A stretch of 64,000 bases of DNA, from IMG/VR virus record IMGVR_UViG_3300012346_000220, positions 19,826 through 83,825 of that record. One strand, written 5' to 3'. Source of the DNA: a virus. Its lineage: Duplodnaviria; Heunggongvirae; Uroviricota; Caudoviricetes. A program made the translations under genes and the position numbers. Within the stretch, counting starts at the first letter, position 1, and every line of letters begins with the position of its first letter. The notes beneath the pieces are model-generated. The model was given only the letters and a program-made list of their open reading frames with translations. It had not been told where the DNA came from and searched no databases. This document shows positions 40,192 through 48,466 of this stretch, piece after piece.

Positions 40192-40441
40192 TTTGAATCT
40201 CCGCGAGTTTTACTGCGTAGTGCCGCGCCTTGTTGGCGTCGTCACTGTCCTTCTTGCCTTGGCGCATGGCGTACTTGATGACGTTGCCTTTGAGGAAGCC
40301 CACGAACTCGTCGTGCGTGAGCACCGCCTCCATCACAGCCCAAGGCTGGATGCCCATGTCTTTGTAGTGCTGGCCTCCAACTTGCAGGTCGTCTGCTGTG
40401 GTTCCGTTGAATCTCCGTGTGTCGTCGTCTCGAATGGTCAT
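40178..40441 (-). CDS. Hypothetical protein (DUF3310-like)
   Basis: 87 aa. The QVGGQHYK...IQPW motif resembles that family (from memory). Confidence 0.35.
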   Translation of the reverse strand: MTIRDDDTRRFNGTTADDLQVGGQHYKDMGIQPWAVMEAVLTHDEFVGFLKGNVIKYAMRQGKKDSDDANKARHYAVKLAEIQNGKV

Positions 40442-40692
40442 GATTTCCTCTTTCGTTTAGCGTCTGGTCTTGGGCAATTTGCTGGGGGTACAACCACGCA
40501 CCATACGGCGCTTGGCATTCCGGTTCCACCGTAGTGTGTCCACCTGTCGATGTATGCGTCAGGCATTGTGAGCAGTATCTTGCGGATGTTGTTTGGCTCT
40601 CGGTCTAAGGTGTTGGCAATCGTGCCGACATCCATCCCGTCAGGGTTGCCCCTGAGCAGTGTACGAACTGACTGCGTTGTAAAGGTTCTCAT
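40438..40692 (-). CDS. Small HTH DNA-binding protein (paralog A)
   Basis: 84 aa. Similar to 41458..41760 (PDxYVDRW, C-terminal CP.P.). Confidence 0.45.
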   Translation of the reverse strand: MRTFTTQSVRTLLRGNPDGMDVGTIANTLDREPNNIRKILLTMPDAYIDRWTHYGGTGMPSAVWCVVVPPANCPRPDAKRKRKS

Positions 40693-41168
40693 GGGGCTAC
40701 CCCCACAATCGCTCGGGCCTTGCGCAAGCGGATTTCTTCCTCAACGATAAACAAGGCTTTCTCCAGCTCTCCCACGGTGCAGGCATCCAGTTGCGTGTCG
40801 TGCAAGTCCATCACCAGTTTCACCGCGGACATCTCTGGCCCCGTGAACAGGAACGAACCCTTCTCAACACCGCGCCTACCCATTGTGTAGATAGCGTCCT
40901 GCGCAGCCCTGATCTCCTCGGCCCAATCCCGCCCAAGAGCATCACGCACGCGGATCAGTGCCTCACTCATGTTGACTGCTGAGATAAGCACATCCAGCTC
41001 GGCCTTGGTGCTTTGCCCCTTGAGTACTGCGTCGAGTGCCTCACGGTTCTTGAGCTTCAGCCCCACGCCCGCACCGGGCAGCGTGCCTACCTTCTTTATG
41101 GTTGACTGCACCCACGCCATGTTGTCAAGGCGTATGCCTTTTGGTTTGTAATTGCTTCGCTTTCTCAT
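40689..41168 (-). CDS. Hypothetical protein
   Basis: 159 aa. Basic N-terminus. Confidence 0.35.
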   Translation of the reverse strand: MRKRSNYKPKGIRLDNMAWVQSTIKKVGTLPGAGVGLKLKNREALDAVLKGQSTKAELDVLISAVNMSEALIRVRDALGRDWAEEIRAAQDAIYTMGRRGVEKGSFLFTGPEMSAVKLVMDLHDTQLDACTVGELEKALFIVEEEIRLRKARAIVGVAP

Positions 41169-41461
41169 AGTTCGTGCTTGTTTGGGGATGGTTTCACGTT
41201 GGGCTTGGCGCGGCTGAATATGCCGAACTGCTTGTATGCGATCAGTGCCAATTCTTTTTCCTTGGTTGCTCGGCCGAGGTTTGCAATCGAGCCAGTCATC
41301 TTACCTTCCTTGCGTTGGTCTTCCACAACGGCGGATGCCAGCTGTGATGTCGTCAGCCCTGACTCTCCCTTGGCACGGAACGCAATGTCCTGCAAGAAGA
41401 TACTAGGCCGGGGGTTGCTTGCCCAATGGAAGGGCGAGTCAGGGTGGCATTTACAGTTCAT
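41165..41461 (-). CDS. Hypothetical protein
   Basis: Start taken at the internal ATG at 41461, which forms an ATGA overlap with the upstream gene. Confidence 0.35.
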   Translation of the reverse strand: MNCKCHPDSPFHWASNPRPSIFLQDIAFRAKGESGLTTSQLASAVVEDQRKEGKMTGSIANLGRATKEKELALIAYKQFGIFSRAKPNVKPSPNKHEL

Positions 41462-41760
41462 GCTGTTACTCCTTCTGTGATGACCCACTGGGTCTTTGGT
41501 TTCTTGTTGTGCACGCCCCACTTGACGCGGTCTTTGGGATGCGGGCAGTCGTCTGGGACATAGGCGGCAACCCACACCTTCTCGAACTGACCACGCTTAC
41601 CCATGCGCCAGCGATCAACGTAGGTATCAGGCATGACGCGCAGTGAAGCGCGGATGTTGGCGACGTGAATACCCGTGGCCTCTGCAATCTCCTTGGGCGT
41701 CATGCCGCCGGGTTTTGTGCGCAGCACTGTGCGGATTTTCTTTTGCCGTACGGGGGTCAT
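41458..41760 (-). CDS. Small HTH DNA-binding protein (paralog B)
   Basis: Start at ATG 41760 (MTPVRQKK...). HTH MTPKEIAEATGIHVANIRASL. Confidence 0.45.
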   Translation of the reverse strand: MTPVRQKKIRTVLRTKPGGMTPKEIAEATGIHVANIRASLRVMPDTYVDRWRMGKRGQFEKVWVAAYVPDDCPHPKDRVKWGVHNKKPKTQWVITEGVTA

Positions 41761-41873
41761 AAGACGCTCCAAATATATTCAAGAATACTAATCACGCCCA
41801 CCACAGTGGCAACGCTCATAACGACTGAGGCCAGCAGTGCGGCGATCAGGATTTTTCTCTCGTTGGGTGTCAT
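41757..41873 (-). CDS. 38-aa single-TM peptide (not in ORF track)
   Basis: ATG..TGA ORF MTPNERKILIAALLASVVMSVATVVGVISILEYIWSVL, ATGA-coupled on both sides. Confidence 0.3.
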   Translation of the reverse strand: MTPNERKILIAALLASVVMSVATVVGVISILEYIWSVL

Positions 41874-42079
41874 GTGTCCTCCCACTTCTGCGTGATGCTG
41901 CACCAGTACACGCCCTTTGTCTCGGCAAGGACGTGGCCGCGAACAATGTCATCCACCTGTCCACCAAGGCGGTAGTAGCCGCTCTCTCGGACGTTGAACA
42001 GCGTCTCGCCCGGTGCAAGCTCGACAGTGATGCGCCGACCACGCTTCAGGGTCGCTATTTCGTCTTTGATGATTTTCAT
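41870..42079 (-). CDS. Hypothetical protein
   Basis: 69 aa. Confidence 0.35.
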   Translation of the reverse strand: MKIIKDEIATLKRGRRITVELAPGETLFNVRESGYYRLGGQVDDIVRGHVLAETKGVYWCSITQKWEDT

Positions 42080-42285
42080 GCTTGCTTCTCCTTTTGTTTG
42101 GCTTCGTATCTGTCGGCCCAGTCGTTTAACTCAGGTATCGTGTACCAAGCCCTCGGCTCTTGCATAATGTCTTGAACCCGCTGCTCGTAGGGCTTCGGTC
42201 CAGTCTCTATGCCACAGCGCGTGCACTTCAGTGCCCCCGTGCTGCCGTCGGTGAATTCCCATTTGTGTTTGCATTCAGTCGTCAT
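42076..42285 (-). CDS. Small zinc-ribbon protein
   Basis: CKHKW...CTRCG, a four-Cys ribbon. Confidence 0.4.
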   Translation of the reverse strand: MTTECKHKWEFTDGSTGALKCTRCGIETGPKPYEQRVQDIMQEPRAWYTIPELNDWADRYEAKQKEKQA

Positions 42286-42442
42286 CTTCAGCAGCCTCCA
42301 GCGATTCGTTAATCAGTTGTTGCTTTACAAGCTCCAGCACACCAACCACGGTTGACATATACAAGGCAGTGTCGTAGTGGTGGATGACCTCAAGCAGCTC
42401 GTCCACCAACCCTTGAGCCAGTGCTCCTTGGTTTAAGTTCAT
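42275..42442 (-). CDS. Small acidic helical protein (paralog of 39221..39382)
   Basis: Start at the internal ATG at 42442 with an AAGGAG SD. Shares LVDELLEV(I/V)H.YD and an acidic C-terminus with the other copy. Confidence 0.4.
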   Translation of the reverse strand: MNLNQGALAQGLVDELLEVIHHYDTALYMSTVVGVLELVKQQLINESLEAAEDDD

Positions 42443-42699
42443 CGTCCTCTCCTTGCAACCCATCCGGTAGGTTCATCGTCGCCGGTCTGAAGCTTGGCGT
42501 ACTCCTCCACAGCTCGGTCCTTGTCTTCAAAGCAGAAGCGCTTGCCCCAGCCATTCAGATCAAGGTCGATGTAGATGGCGCGTGTGAACATCAAGTCACC
42601 AATGCCGATGATGGTTCCGTCTCGCAGGTACGCCACAACTTGGTAGCTGCCTCCACCAAGCTCTTTGATGCGCCTGAGCAGCTCTTCGTCAAGCGCCAT
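42439..42699 (-). CDS. Hypothetical protein (86 aa)
   Basis: ATG 42699 to TGA 42439. ATGA overlap with the downstream gene. The ORF-track entry 42439..43221 is an over-extended version. Confidence 0.4.
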   Translation of the reverse strand: MALDEELLRRIKELGGGSYQVVAYLRDGTIIGIGDLMFTRAIYIDLDLNGWGKRFCFEDKDRAVEEYAKLQTGDDEPTGWVARRGR

Positions 42700-42713
42700 G
42701 TCATTCACACTTC

Positions 42714-42950
42714 TCATAGCCCCAGCCCCGTCAATGCTGCTTGCAGACCAGCCAGGCCGCCGACACGTTGGCCGTCGATGAATATCTGGGGCATCTGACG
42801 GGCTTCGGGGTGCATCTTCAGCATCAGGTTGAATTCGATGTCGTCGACTTCTTGATGGAGCTCGGAGTAGGCGAGGCGCTTGCTGGCCAGCAGGTTCTTG
42901 GCTGCCACGCAGTTGGGGCAGTTGGCCTTGGTGTAGATTGTGATATTCAT
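42714..42950 (-). CDS. Glutaredoxin-like (NrdH/Grx) protein
   Basis: Start ATG 42950 with an AAGGAG SD. CPNC active-site motif in MNITIYTKANCPNCVAAK. Confidence 0.7.
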   Translation of the reverse strand: MNITIYTKANCPNCVAAKNLLASKRLAYSELHQEVDDIEFNLMLKMHPEARQMPQIFIDGQRVGGLAGLQAALTGLGL

Positions 42951-43392
42951 GTGTTCTTCTCCTTCTGTGTGAACAAGTCGTTGGTTGTCCGGGCCATGTT
43001 CCATCCTGCCTTGAAGGCGTCATTGACTTCAAAGCCCACTTCTTTTTCGTAGTCGGCAACGGTGGGCCAAGCGTAGTCAATCCCCACCCATTGCCGCTGT
43101 GCTGCGGGTGGGGTGGTGTAGACAGGCACTGTGTGTTTTGCGGCGTACCCCTGCTCAAGCCGTGTTGGCCCGGCTTGCATCTTTCGCTTCCACGACTCGG
43201 TGATGACGTTGCAATAGTCATCTCCTTCTGGGTCTAGCCACGCCACAGGCTCCTGCACAGGTGCTGCAAGGGCTTTAAGTCCTGCCTCTACAAGTTCAGT
43301 GCGCTCGGCTTGCAGTGCTGGCGTGTGGAAAGTTGCCACAGCCAACAGCATCAACATGCGCTCCAACCTCTCGCGTTCAATTTCTATGCTCA
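42947..43392 (-). CDS. Hypothetical protein, paralog 1 (contains YTTPPAAQRQ encoded by the 31-bp repeat)
   Basis: Start ATG 43392 with an AAGGAG SD. High-GC copy. Confidence 0.45.
43091..43121. repeat. 31-bp exact direct repeat, copy 1 (TTGCCGCTGTGCTGCGGGTGGGGTGGTGTAG); copy 2 at 43739..43769
   Basis: Identical 31-mers read directly. They are embedded in otherwise diverged paralogous genes that flank the local GC drop. Confidence 0.9.
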
Positions 43393-43402
43393 TGGTGTTC
43401 TC

Positions 43403-43574
43403 CTTATTCATCATAAAGTGCAAAAACAACTCCGGAGGCCAAAAAGATACCCGAGAACGCAACAAACGCACGCCCAGCCACTCCCCATGTAGCCGTATTG
43501 AAATCAGCATTTACAAACGCACCTGCTAAATACATAAGCACAAGAGTGCCTAAAAATCCAATGATGCTTTTCAT
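43403..43574 (-). CDS. 56-aa two-TM membrane protein (not in ORF track)
   Basis: ATG 43574 with an AAGGAG SD. Reads MKSIIGFLGTLVLMYLAGAFVNADFNTATWGVAGRAFVAFSGIFLASGVVFALYDE. Confidence 0.35.
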
Positions 43575-43996
43575 GTGTTTTTCTCCTTGAGTTTGGCTTC
43601 GATGGCATAAGCAAACGCTTGCAGGTCTGCGTTTGTGATTTCGTGTTGAGGTAATCCGCTTGTTTCATCGCAAGCGTAAATTTCTTCGGTTGTCAGCCCA
43701 ACCCACGCACTCCTTCGATCCTTCGGATCTGGTGCTGCTTGCCGCTGTGCTGCGGGTGGGGTGGTGTAGTAAGCGGTTGGCAACTCGTTGTTGGGGCCTC
43801 CGGGTGCCCAAGGCGTGTAGCAAATGTTTACGCAACACTGTTCTTTATCCATGAAGCCGTGAAACGCTGGCTCCTGCATAGGTGCTGCAAGTGCTTGCTC
43901 CAGCTTGTCAATTGTGATCTGTTGCGCTCGTACAAGTGCAATTATTCGCTGAACTTCTGTTTTTAAGTATTCAGCTTCATTGGTGTGGATGTTCAT
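43571..43996 (-). CDS. Hypothetical protein, paralog 2 (contains YTTPPAAQRQ; low-GC copy)
   Basis: ATG 43996 with an AAGGAG SD. Shares the 31-bp identical core with 42947..43392. Confidence 0.45.
   Translation of the reverse strand: MNIHTNEAEYLKTEVQRIIALVRAQQITIDKLEQALAAPMQEPAFHGFMDKEQCCVNICYTPWAPGGPNNELPTAYYTTPPAAQRQAAPDPKDRRSAWVGLTTEEIYACDETSGLPQHEITNADLQAFAYAIEAKLKEKNT
43739..43769. repeat. 31-bp exact direct repeat, copy 2
   Basis: Same 31-mer as 43091..43121. Confidence 0.9.
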
Positions 43997-44043
43997 GTTT
44001 TCTCCTTAAAACTTTATTTTGCTTGCCTAACCTTACTTTTTGC

Positions 44044-44715
44044 TTACGCCTCTCGCTTTAATCGCCTTGTTTCTGCGTTGTAGTGCTTGGCAATTTCAAT
44101 CAAGCCTTCATGGGTGTACGGCACTTCGCCTTTGTGCGTTGTTTTTGGTGTCAAAAGTGCCTCCTCTACCGTCATTCCGCTTGCAATCCTACGAACAATT
44201 GTGGTGTTAGACAAATAGCCACCAGTCACGCGACTCCATTCGTTTGCAGTCAAAGTCAGGCCATCAAACTCAATTGCATAATTCCCCTTTATTGTGTGCA
44301 ATTCTGGGTAGTTCCTTCGTGTATTACACACTCGGCATAACGGGCGCAAATTGTCGGGGATGTTGTTTTGAGGGTTGTTGTCTTTGTGGTCAATGTGTAC
44401 CGTTTCCCATGTCTCTGGTTTTCCGCATAACTCGCACGAATGAAGCGAGTAGCCAATTCGGTCAAACACTACTTTGCGATGCTCTGAAACATACCCTTGT
44501 GTGTCAGCAAGTGGATGGCTTGGCAAATACAGGCGCTGATAACCACGCCCAGGCATGGTGACTCGTTCTTGTCTACTGTAACCAAGCTCCTGTTTTTTTA
44601 TGGTCAACTTTGTGTCAGTTGTACCGTTTCTCATAACCCTAAAATAGTGCTTTTGGCAAAGGCAAGCGGCTTTGTACCTTACCTGCCCATCACAGTTTTC
44701 AACTTTGCATTGCAT
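44044..44715 (-). CDS. HNH endonuclease with N-terminal Cys-rich region
   Basis: HIDHKDNNPQNNIPDNLRPLCRVCN HNH motif. Start taken at ATG 44715. Confidence 0.7.
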   Translation of the reverse strand: MQCKVENCDGQVRYKAACLCQKHYFRVMRNGTTDTKLTIKKQELGYSRQERVTMPGRGYQRLYLPSHPLADTQGYVSEHRKVVFDRIGYSLHSCELCGKPETWETVHIDHKDNNPQNNIPDNLRPLCRVCNTRRNYPELHTIKGNYAIEFDGLTLTANEWSRVTGGYLSNTTIVRRIASGMTVEEALLTPKTTHKGEVPYTHEGLIEIAKHYNAETRRLKREA

Positions 44716-44847
44716 TTCAATTCCCCAAAAGAAAACCCCCCGTGACACAGAGGATCAAGCTCCATGTGACAGGGGGTAGGCCGGGGAAGGCTTTTGTGTA
44801 TCTGCGCCTTGATCTCGCAACACAAAAACCCTCTTGCCGCAATTATA

Positions 44848-45405
44848 TCATTCTCTTGCTTTGTTTAAGCGTTTAGCTTCTGAGTTGTAATAACGTGCGA
44901 TTTCGACTAAGCCTTCTTTTGTGTATTTCCTTACCGTTTGGTCTGATTCAACGCGCTCTAATGCGTTTAGCCCTATACGCTCAATAAGTCCTTTACGGTA
45001 TTCAACGTGATTTCCAGCCAAAAATTGGTTGCAATGTTTACAACTTGCGTGACAATTTTCTTCAACAAACCTCATGTGAGGCGCACTTCCAACGCTTCGA
45101 TAATGTGACGCATCCGTCTGGTTTGACTCTGTGCTTGGTGGCTTTCCACAGCTTATGCAAGGCTTATCAGCATCCCTTGCCCTTACAAACGCATTAAACG
45201 CCGTTTGAGCGACTTTTACCAACTGAGGCTTAGTCCTCATGGCATCTAGCTTTTCTCGGGTCTTCTTGCGTTCTTCTTGGGCTTCCTTGGCTTTCTTTTT
45301 TTCTGTTGCTTGCCGTGATACTTCAAGGGCGCATAGGGGGGAGCAAACTTTCTGGAGTGGTCTGACAGGGGCGAACTCTGCCTTGCAAAATTTGCACTTT
45401 TTCAT
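44848..45405 (-). CDS. NinG/Rap-like recombination-associated protein (Cys-rich zinc-binding)
   Basis: CKFCKAEF...CSPLC and CISCG...CHASCKHCN clusters typical of the lambda NinG family. ATGA-coupled to the methyltransferase. Confidence 0.5.
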   Translation of the reverse strand: MKKCKFCKAEFAPVRPLQKVCSPLCALEVSRQATEKKKAKEAQEERKKTREKLDAMRTKPQLVKVAQTAFNAFVRARDADKPCISCGKPPSTESNQTDASHYRSVGSAPHMRFVEENCHASCKHCNQFLAGNHVEYRKGLIERIGLNALERVESDQTVRKYTKEGLVEIARYYNSEAKRLNKARE

Positions 45406-46151
45406 GCTGTCAACACTTTCCATGCTGTTGCTGCCACTGAAGGAATTTGTCCATTTCCAATGGCTCCAAGCGCGTCCATCCTCTGGGCCATATCATCAAT
45501 TCCTCTGAAAGTTCTGGAAAGTACTTCATCGGAATATCGCTCTCGAAATAGACGTAAGTTATCTTCTCGGTTGGCGCTGACTTTCCAAGGGAAATTCGTT
45601 TTAACCTTGAATTCTTGATCCACTTTTCTTTTCCGTGTTGCACTCCGTCCGATTTTGTTGGAGTCGGCCAGAATCCATACTCTGTCGCGTTTCGTGTTAA
45701 TTCCAATGGAGTCACCTCCCAACACTCCCCATCGCGCATCAAACCCCATTTCGGCCAGGTCTCCAAGCACTCGTCCAAGTCCTCTAGAAATGAGCATTGG
45801 TGAGTTTTCCACAAGGACGTGTTTGGGTTGTACTTCACGAATGATCCTTGCCATGTGGCCCCACATTCCTGATCGTTCCCCGTCAATTCCGGCTCCTTTT
45901 CCGGCAACTGAGATGTCCTGGCATGGAAACCCGCCCGAAACAACGTCAACAATTCCTCTCCACGGTCTTCCGTCAAAGGTTTGAACGTCATCCCAAATCG
46001 GGAAAGGCGGGAGAAGTCCGTCATTTTGTCGGGCGCACAATACGCTTGCTGGATAGGGTTCCCATTCAACGGCGCAGACTGTTCGCCATCCGAGAAGTTT
46101 TCCCCCAAGTATTCCTCCACCAGCGCCTGCGAATAAAGCCAACTCATTCAT
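45402..46151 (-). CDS. Compact DNA cytosine-5 methyltransferase
   Basis: Motif I LFAGAGGG, motif IV GGFPCQDIS, motif VI ENSP, motif VIII TKRDRVWILA, motif X-like GNGQIP. Strong SD. Confidence 0.8.
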   Translation of the reverse strand: MNELALFAGAGGGILGGKLLGWRTVCAVEWEPYPASVLCARQNDGLLPPFPIWDDVQTFDGRPWRGIVDVVSGGFPCQDISVAGKGAGIDGERSGMWGHMARIIREVQPKHVLVENSPMLISRGLGRVLGDLAEMGFDARWGVLGGDSIGINTKRDRVWILADSNKIGRSATRKRKVDQEFKVKTNFPWKVSANREDNLRLFRERYSDEVLSRTFRGIDDMAQRMDALGAIGNGQIPSVAATAWKVLTA

Positions 46152-46199
46152 ATCTCTCCTTAGAAAACTTCATTTTGCGGTTGTTTTCTGACTTGATTC

Positions 46200-46529
46200 T
46201 TACCGCATCGTCCGATCTTGGTTTCTGTTGTTCGCCTGTTCCGAGCGCCAAACCTCGACTCTCGCTTGTGCCATTGTCATCTCCCACTTTAGCTTTTCCT
46301 CTACCTCTATCGCGGCTTTTAAACCGTCTAGAAGCGCCAAATACTCGTCATGGCTATATGCGTATTGCTCACGGGCGTTTACCGTCTTCTCGGTGCTTTG
46401 GTTCATCAACAAAGCCTTTTTGGATTTTCTGAATTCTTCCAAATAGATCCGGTTAGCCTTGGCTTGGGCAAACTTACCCGCATTGGCAATTACGTAATCT
46501 ATCGCCTTGTTTGGGTCGTTCACGCCCAT
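46200..46529 (-). CDS. Hypothetical protein
   Basis: 109 aa. Confidence 0.35.
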   Translation of the reverse strand: MGVNDPNKAIDYVIANAGKFAQAKANRIYLEEFRKSKKALLMNQSTEKTVNAREQYAYSHDEYLALLDGLKAAIEVEEKLKWEMTMAQARVEVWRSEQANNRNQDRTMR

Positions 46530-46924
46530 AGTCTTCCACCGACAAACTTAGTCTTAGGCTCAAAAACAGGTTCGTTCTTTGCCTTCAATCTTTTTTGATA
46601 GGCCGCACTTCTCTCTGCCATTGTTTTTCTTTTGGGCTTCTCAGCATCAACACCCCCGCCAAGGCTGTAAATCGGGCGTTGGCTGCGTCCTAATTCATCT
46701 TTGTCCCAATCGCATATGTGCACCACGTTAGCATCTTTAAGGGTCTTCATTAGTCCCTGTAAGGTGTCGTAGTGCATGCCAGTTGCTTCTACCAGTTGGT
46801 ATTTGGTCATTGGGGCAGTCAACAGTGCCTTCAGAAACAAAGTGATGTTGGAGTGCTTACGGATTGAGTTGATCTTTCGGCCTTTTTTGCTTCCAGGGGT
46901 GAAGTTAGTCATTTGATTTGCCAC
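46520..46924 (-). CDS. Winged-helix DNA-binding protein
   Basis: Core MTKYQLVEATGMHYDTLQGLMKTLKDANVV. Confidence 0.45.
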   Translation of the reverse strand: MANQMTNFTPGSKKGRKINSIRKHSNITLFLKALLTAPMTKYQLVEATGMHYDTLQGLMKTLKDANVVHICDWDKDELGRSQRPIYSLGGGVDAEKPKRKTMAERSAAYQKRLKAKNEPVFEPKTKFVGGRLWA

Positions 46925-47102
46925 CTTTCTCTTGTTCTTTCAATAACTTGATGCGCTCTGCCACAGCTACACCAAGTCCTTTGTAGTACCCGGATTCGTG
47001 CTGTTCCAACTCGCGAGTCCATCTCCGCATCTCGTCTATCCATGCTGGCATCATGGCAAATCTTGCTATGTGGCTCACCATGTGTTCTAAGTGATTGTTC
47101 AT
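46905..47102 (-). CDS. Hypothetical protein
   Basis: 65 aa. Confidence 0.3.
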   Translation of the reverse strand: MNNHLEHMVSHIARFAMMPAWIDEMRRWTRELEQHESGYYKGLGVAVAERIKLLKEQEKGGKSND

Positions 47103-47126
47103 TCATGTTATTTTGTTGGTTGTTGC

Positions 47127-47495
47127 TTACGATTGGCTGACACCTTTGAAATAAAGGCGACTTGTTGATTTGACTTTGTTGTATGGGTCATCTTTTGGGC
47201 TTGGATAGCTACTGGCCGCCACAATTGAAGCACCTGAAGAAATGCACTTCTCATACAAATGATCGGCCCTGTCTTGGTTGTAGCTTTCAATCATCACCGT
47301 CATGCCAACAACAAAACGCAAATCAATATCTGAAATCTTGTCTTTGTGTACCGTGATTCGTGGCAACTCTCCCCATTTCAGCCAATCTGTATCAAATTCA
47401 AAGTCGTACAGACAAACGCTTGCAGGTTTAATTCCCTGCCTTCTAAGGTCTATCAATTCTTTTGCGCCTTTCATTGATACACCCCATGCGGCCAT
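47127..47495 (-). CDS. Hypothetical protein
   Basis: 122 aa. Confidence 0.35.
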   Translation of the reverse strand: MAAWGVSMKGAKELIDLRRQGIKPASVCLYDFEFDTDWLKWGELPRITVHKDKISDIDLRFVVGMTVMIESYNQDRADHLYEKCISSGASIVAASSYPSPKDDPYNKVKSTSRLYFKGVSQS

Positions 47496-48466
47496 GCTTT
47501 GTAATACTCCATCAATTCGGCTGACTTATGGCCCTTCAACTGTGTCGATGCTTTGTCAAAGTAAAGACCAATTGTTTGCTCTCCGCTCTTTGACCCGCTG
47601 TAATGGCGTTGTTTAATGCACCGGATAAAGCTGTCTGGTTCATCTCGCTTTTCAGCCATATCACCTTTGACTTCGACTTCCATCTCTTTCAGTTTGTTTC
47701 GCCAAACAACAAAAGCAGAATCAGCAATGTCTGTGATTGACGATGATCCCTTGATGTCGCTTTTGTCTGGTGTCGCGCCTGACTTTTCCAACTTCTTTGT
47801 GTGGTGGACAAGGTGAACATGGCAACCCGTGTCTTTAGCAATGTCAAAAATGCTTGAAACAAAGTCCTTTTCGCCGTTGTAGTTGTCCGTGCCACTCACC
47901 ACCTTTTGCAGGTTGTCAATGATGAAATGCTGCACTCCAAAAGTGTCAATGCTGTATCTCATAGCACCCAAAACAGAGTTTGCAGTCACATCGCCCAATT
48001 TGTGAAACAACCACATATTTTTTGAAAAACCAATCATCTCCTCTGCTGTTTCGTCCAACAAATCAATTTCGGCATTGGTCAGCTGAATATCCTCGTCTCC
48101 AAAGCAAACATGGCTGTAAAGTCTCAGCATCCTAGAAAACGTCTCTCCGGCGGTCATTTCCAACGATGCAAGGCACAGTTTTTGTTGTTGTCCAAGAAGG
48201 GAAAGAATAACTTGCATCAACACCAAAGTCTTTCCGCTACTGTTCTCACCAGCCCAGATCGTCAACTCACCAGGCCGAAAGTTGAACAAAGACCGAGTTT
48301 TCTCCCAAGGCAAGTAAATTCTGTTTGATGTGTCCTTGTTTCGGTATGAGTCTTTAAGTGTTTGCAAAAACTCAGAGGAATGAACAATCGTTTGTTTGTG
48401 TTCCGTCTCTTTAAGGTAGGCAGCAAAGTCAATGTCGTCAGGTAGATAGTTCATTTTCAAATCCAA
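47471..48466 (-). CDS. DnaB-like replicative helicase (RecA-fold C-terminal domain)
   Basis: Walker A GENSSGKT, Walker B-like HFIIDNLQ, and a HVHLVHHTKK segment. Confidence 0.6.
   Translation of the reverse strand: MDLKMNYLPDDIDFAAYLKETEHKQTIVHSSEFLQTLKDSYRNKDTSNRIYLPWEKTRSLFNFRPGELTIWAGENSSGKTLVLMQVILSLLGQQQKLCLASLEMTAGETFSRMLRLYSHVCFGDEDIQLTNAEIDLLDETAEEMIGFSKNMWLFHKLGDVTANSVLGAMRYSIDTFGVQHFIIDNLQKVVSGTDNYNGEKDFVSSIFDIAKDTGCHVHLVHHTKKLEKSGATPDKSDIKGSSSITDIADSAFVVWRNKLKEMEVEVKGDMAEKRDEPDSFIRCIKQRHYSGSKSGEQTIGLYFDKASTQLKGHKSAELMEYYKAWPHGVYQ

Noticed and set aside
44721-44790. Apparent GC-rich inverted repeat between the HNH and NinG genes
   Set aside because: On inspection the arms (CCCCCCGTGACAC / GTGACAGGGGG) are direct, not complementary, repeats of GTGACA. 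No stable hairpin forms.
45410-46147. 245-aa ORF overlapping the C5-methyltransferase in another frame
   Set aside because: The 45402..46151 frame carries all C5-MTase motifs. The overlapping frame has none and is a shadow ORF.
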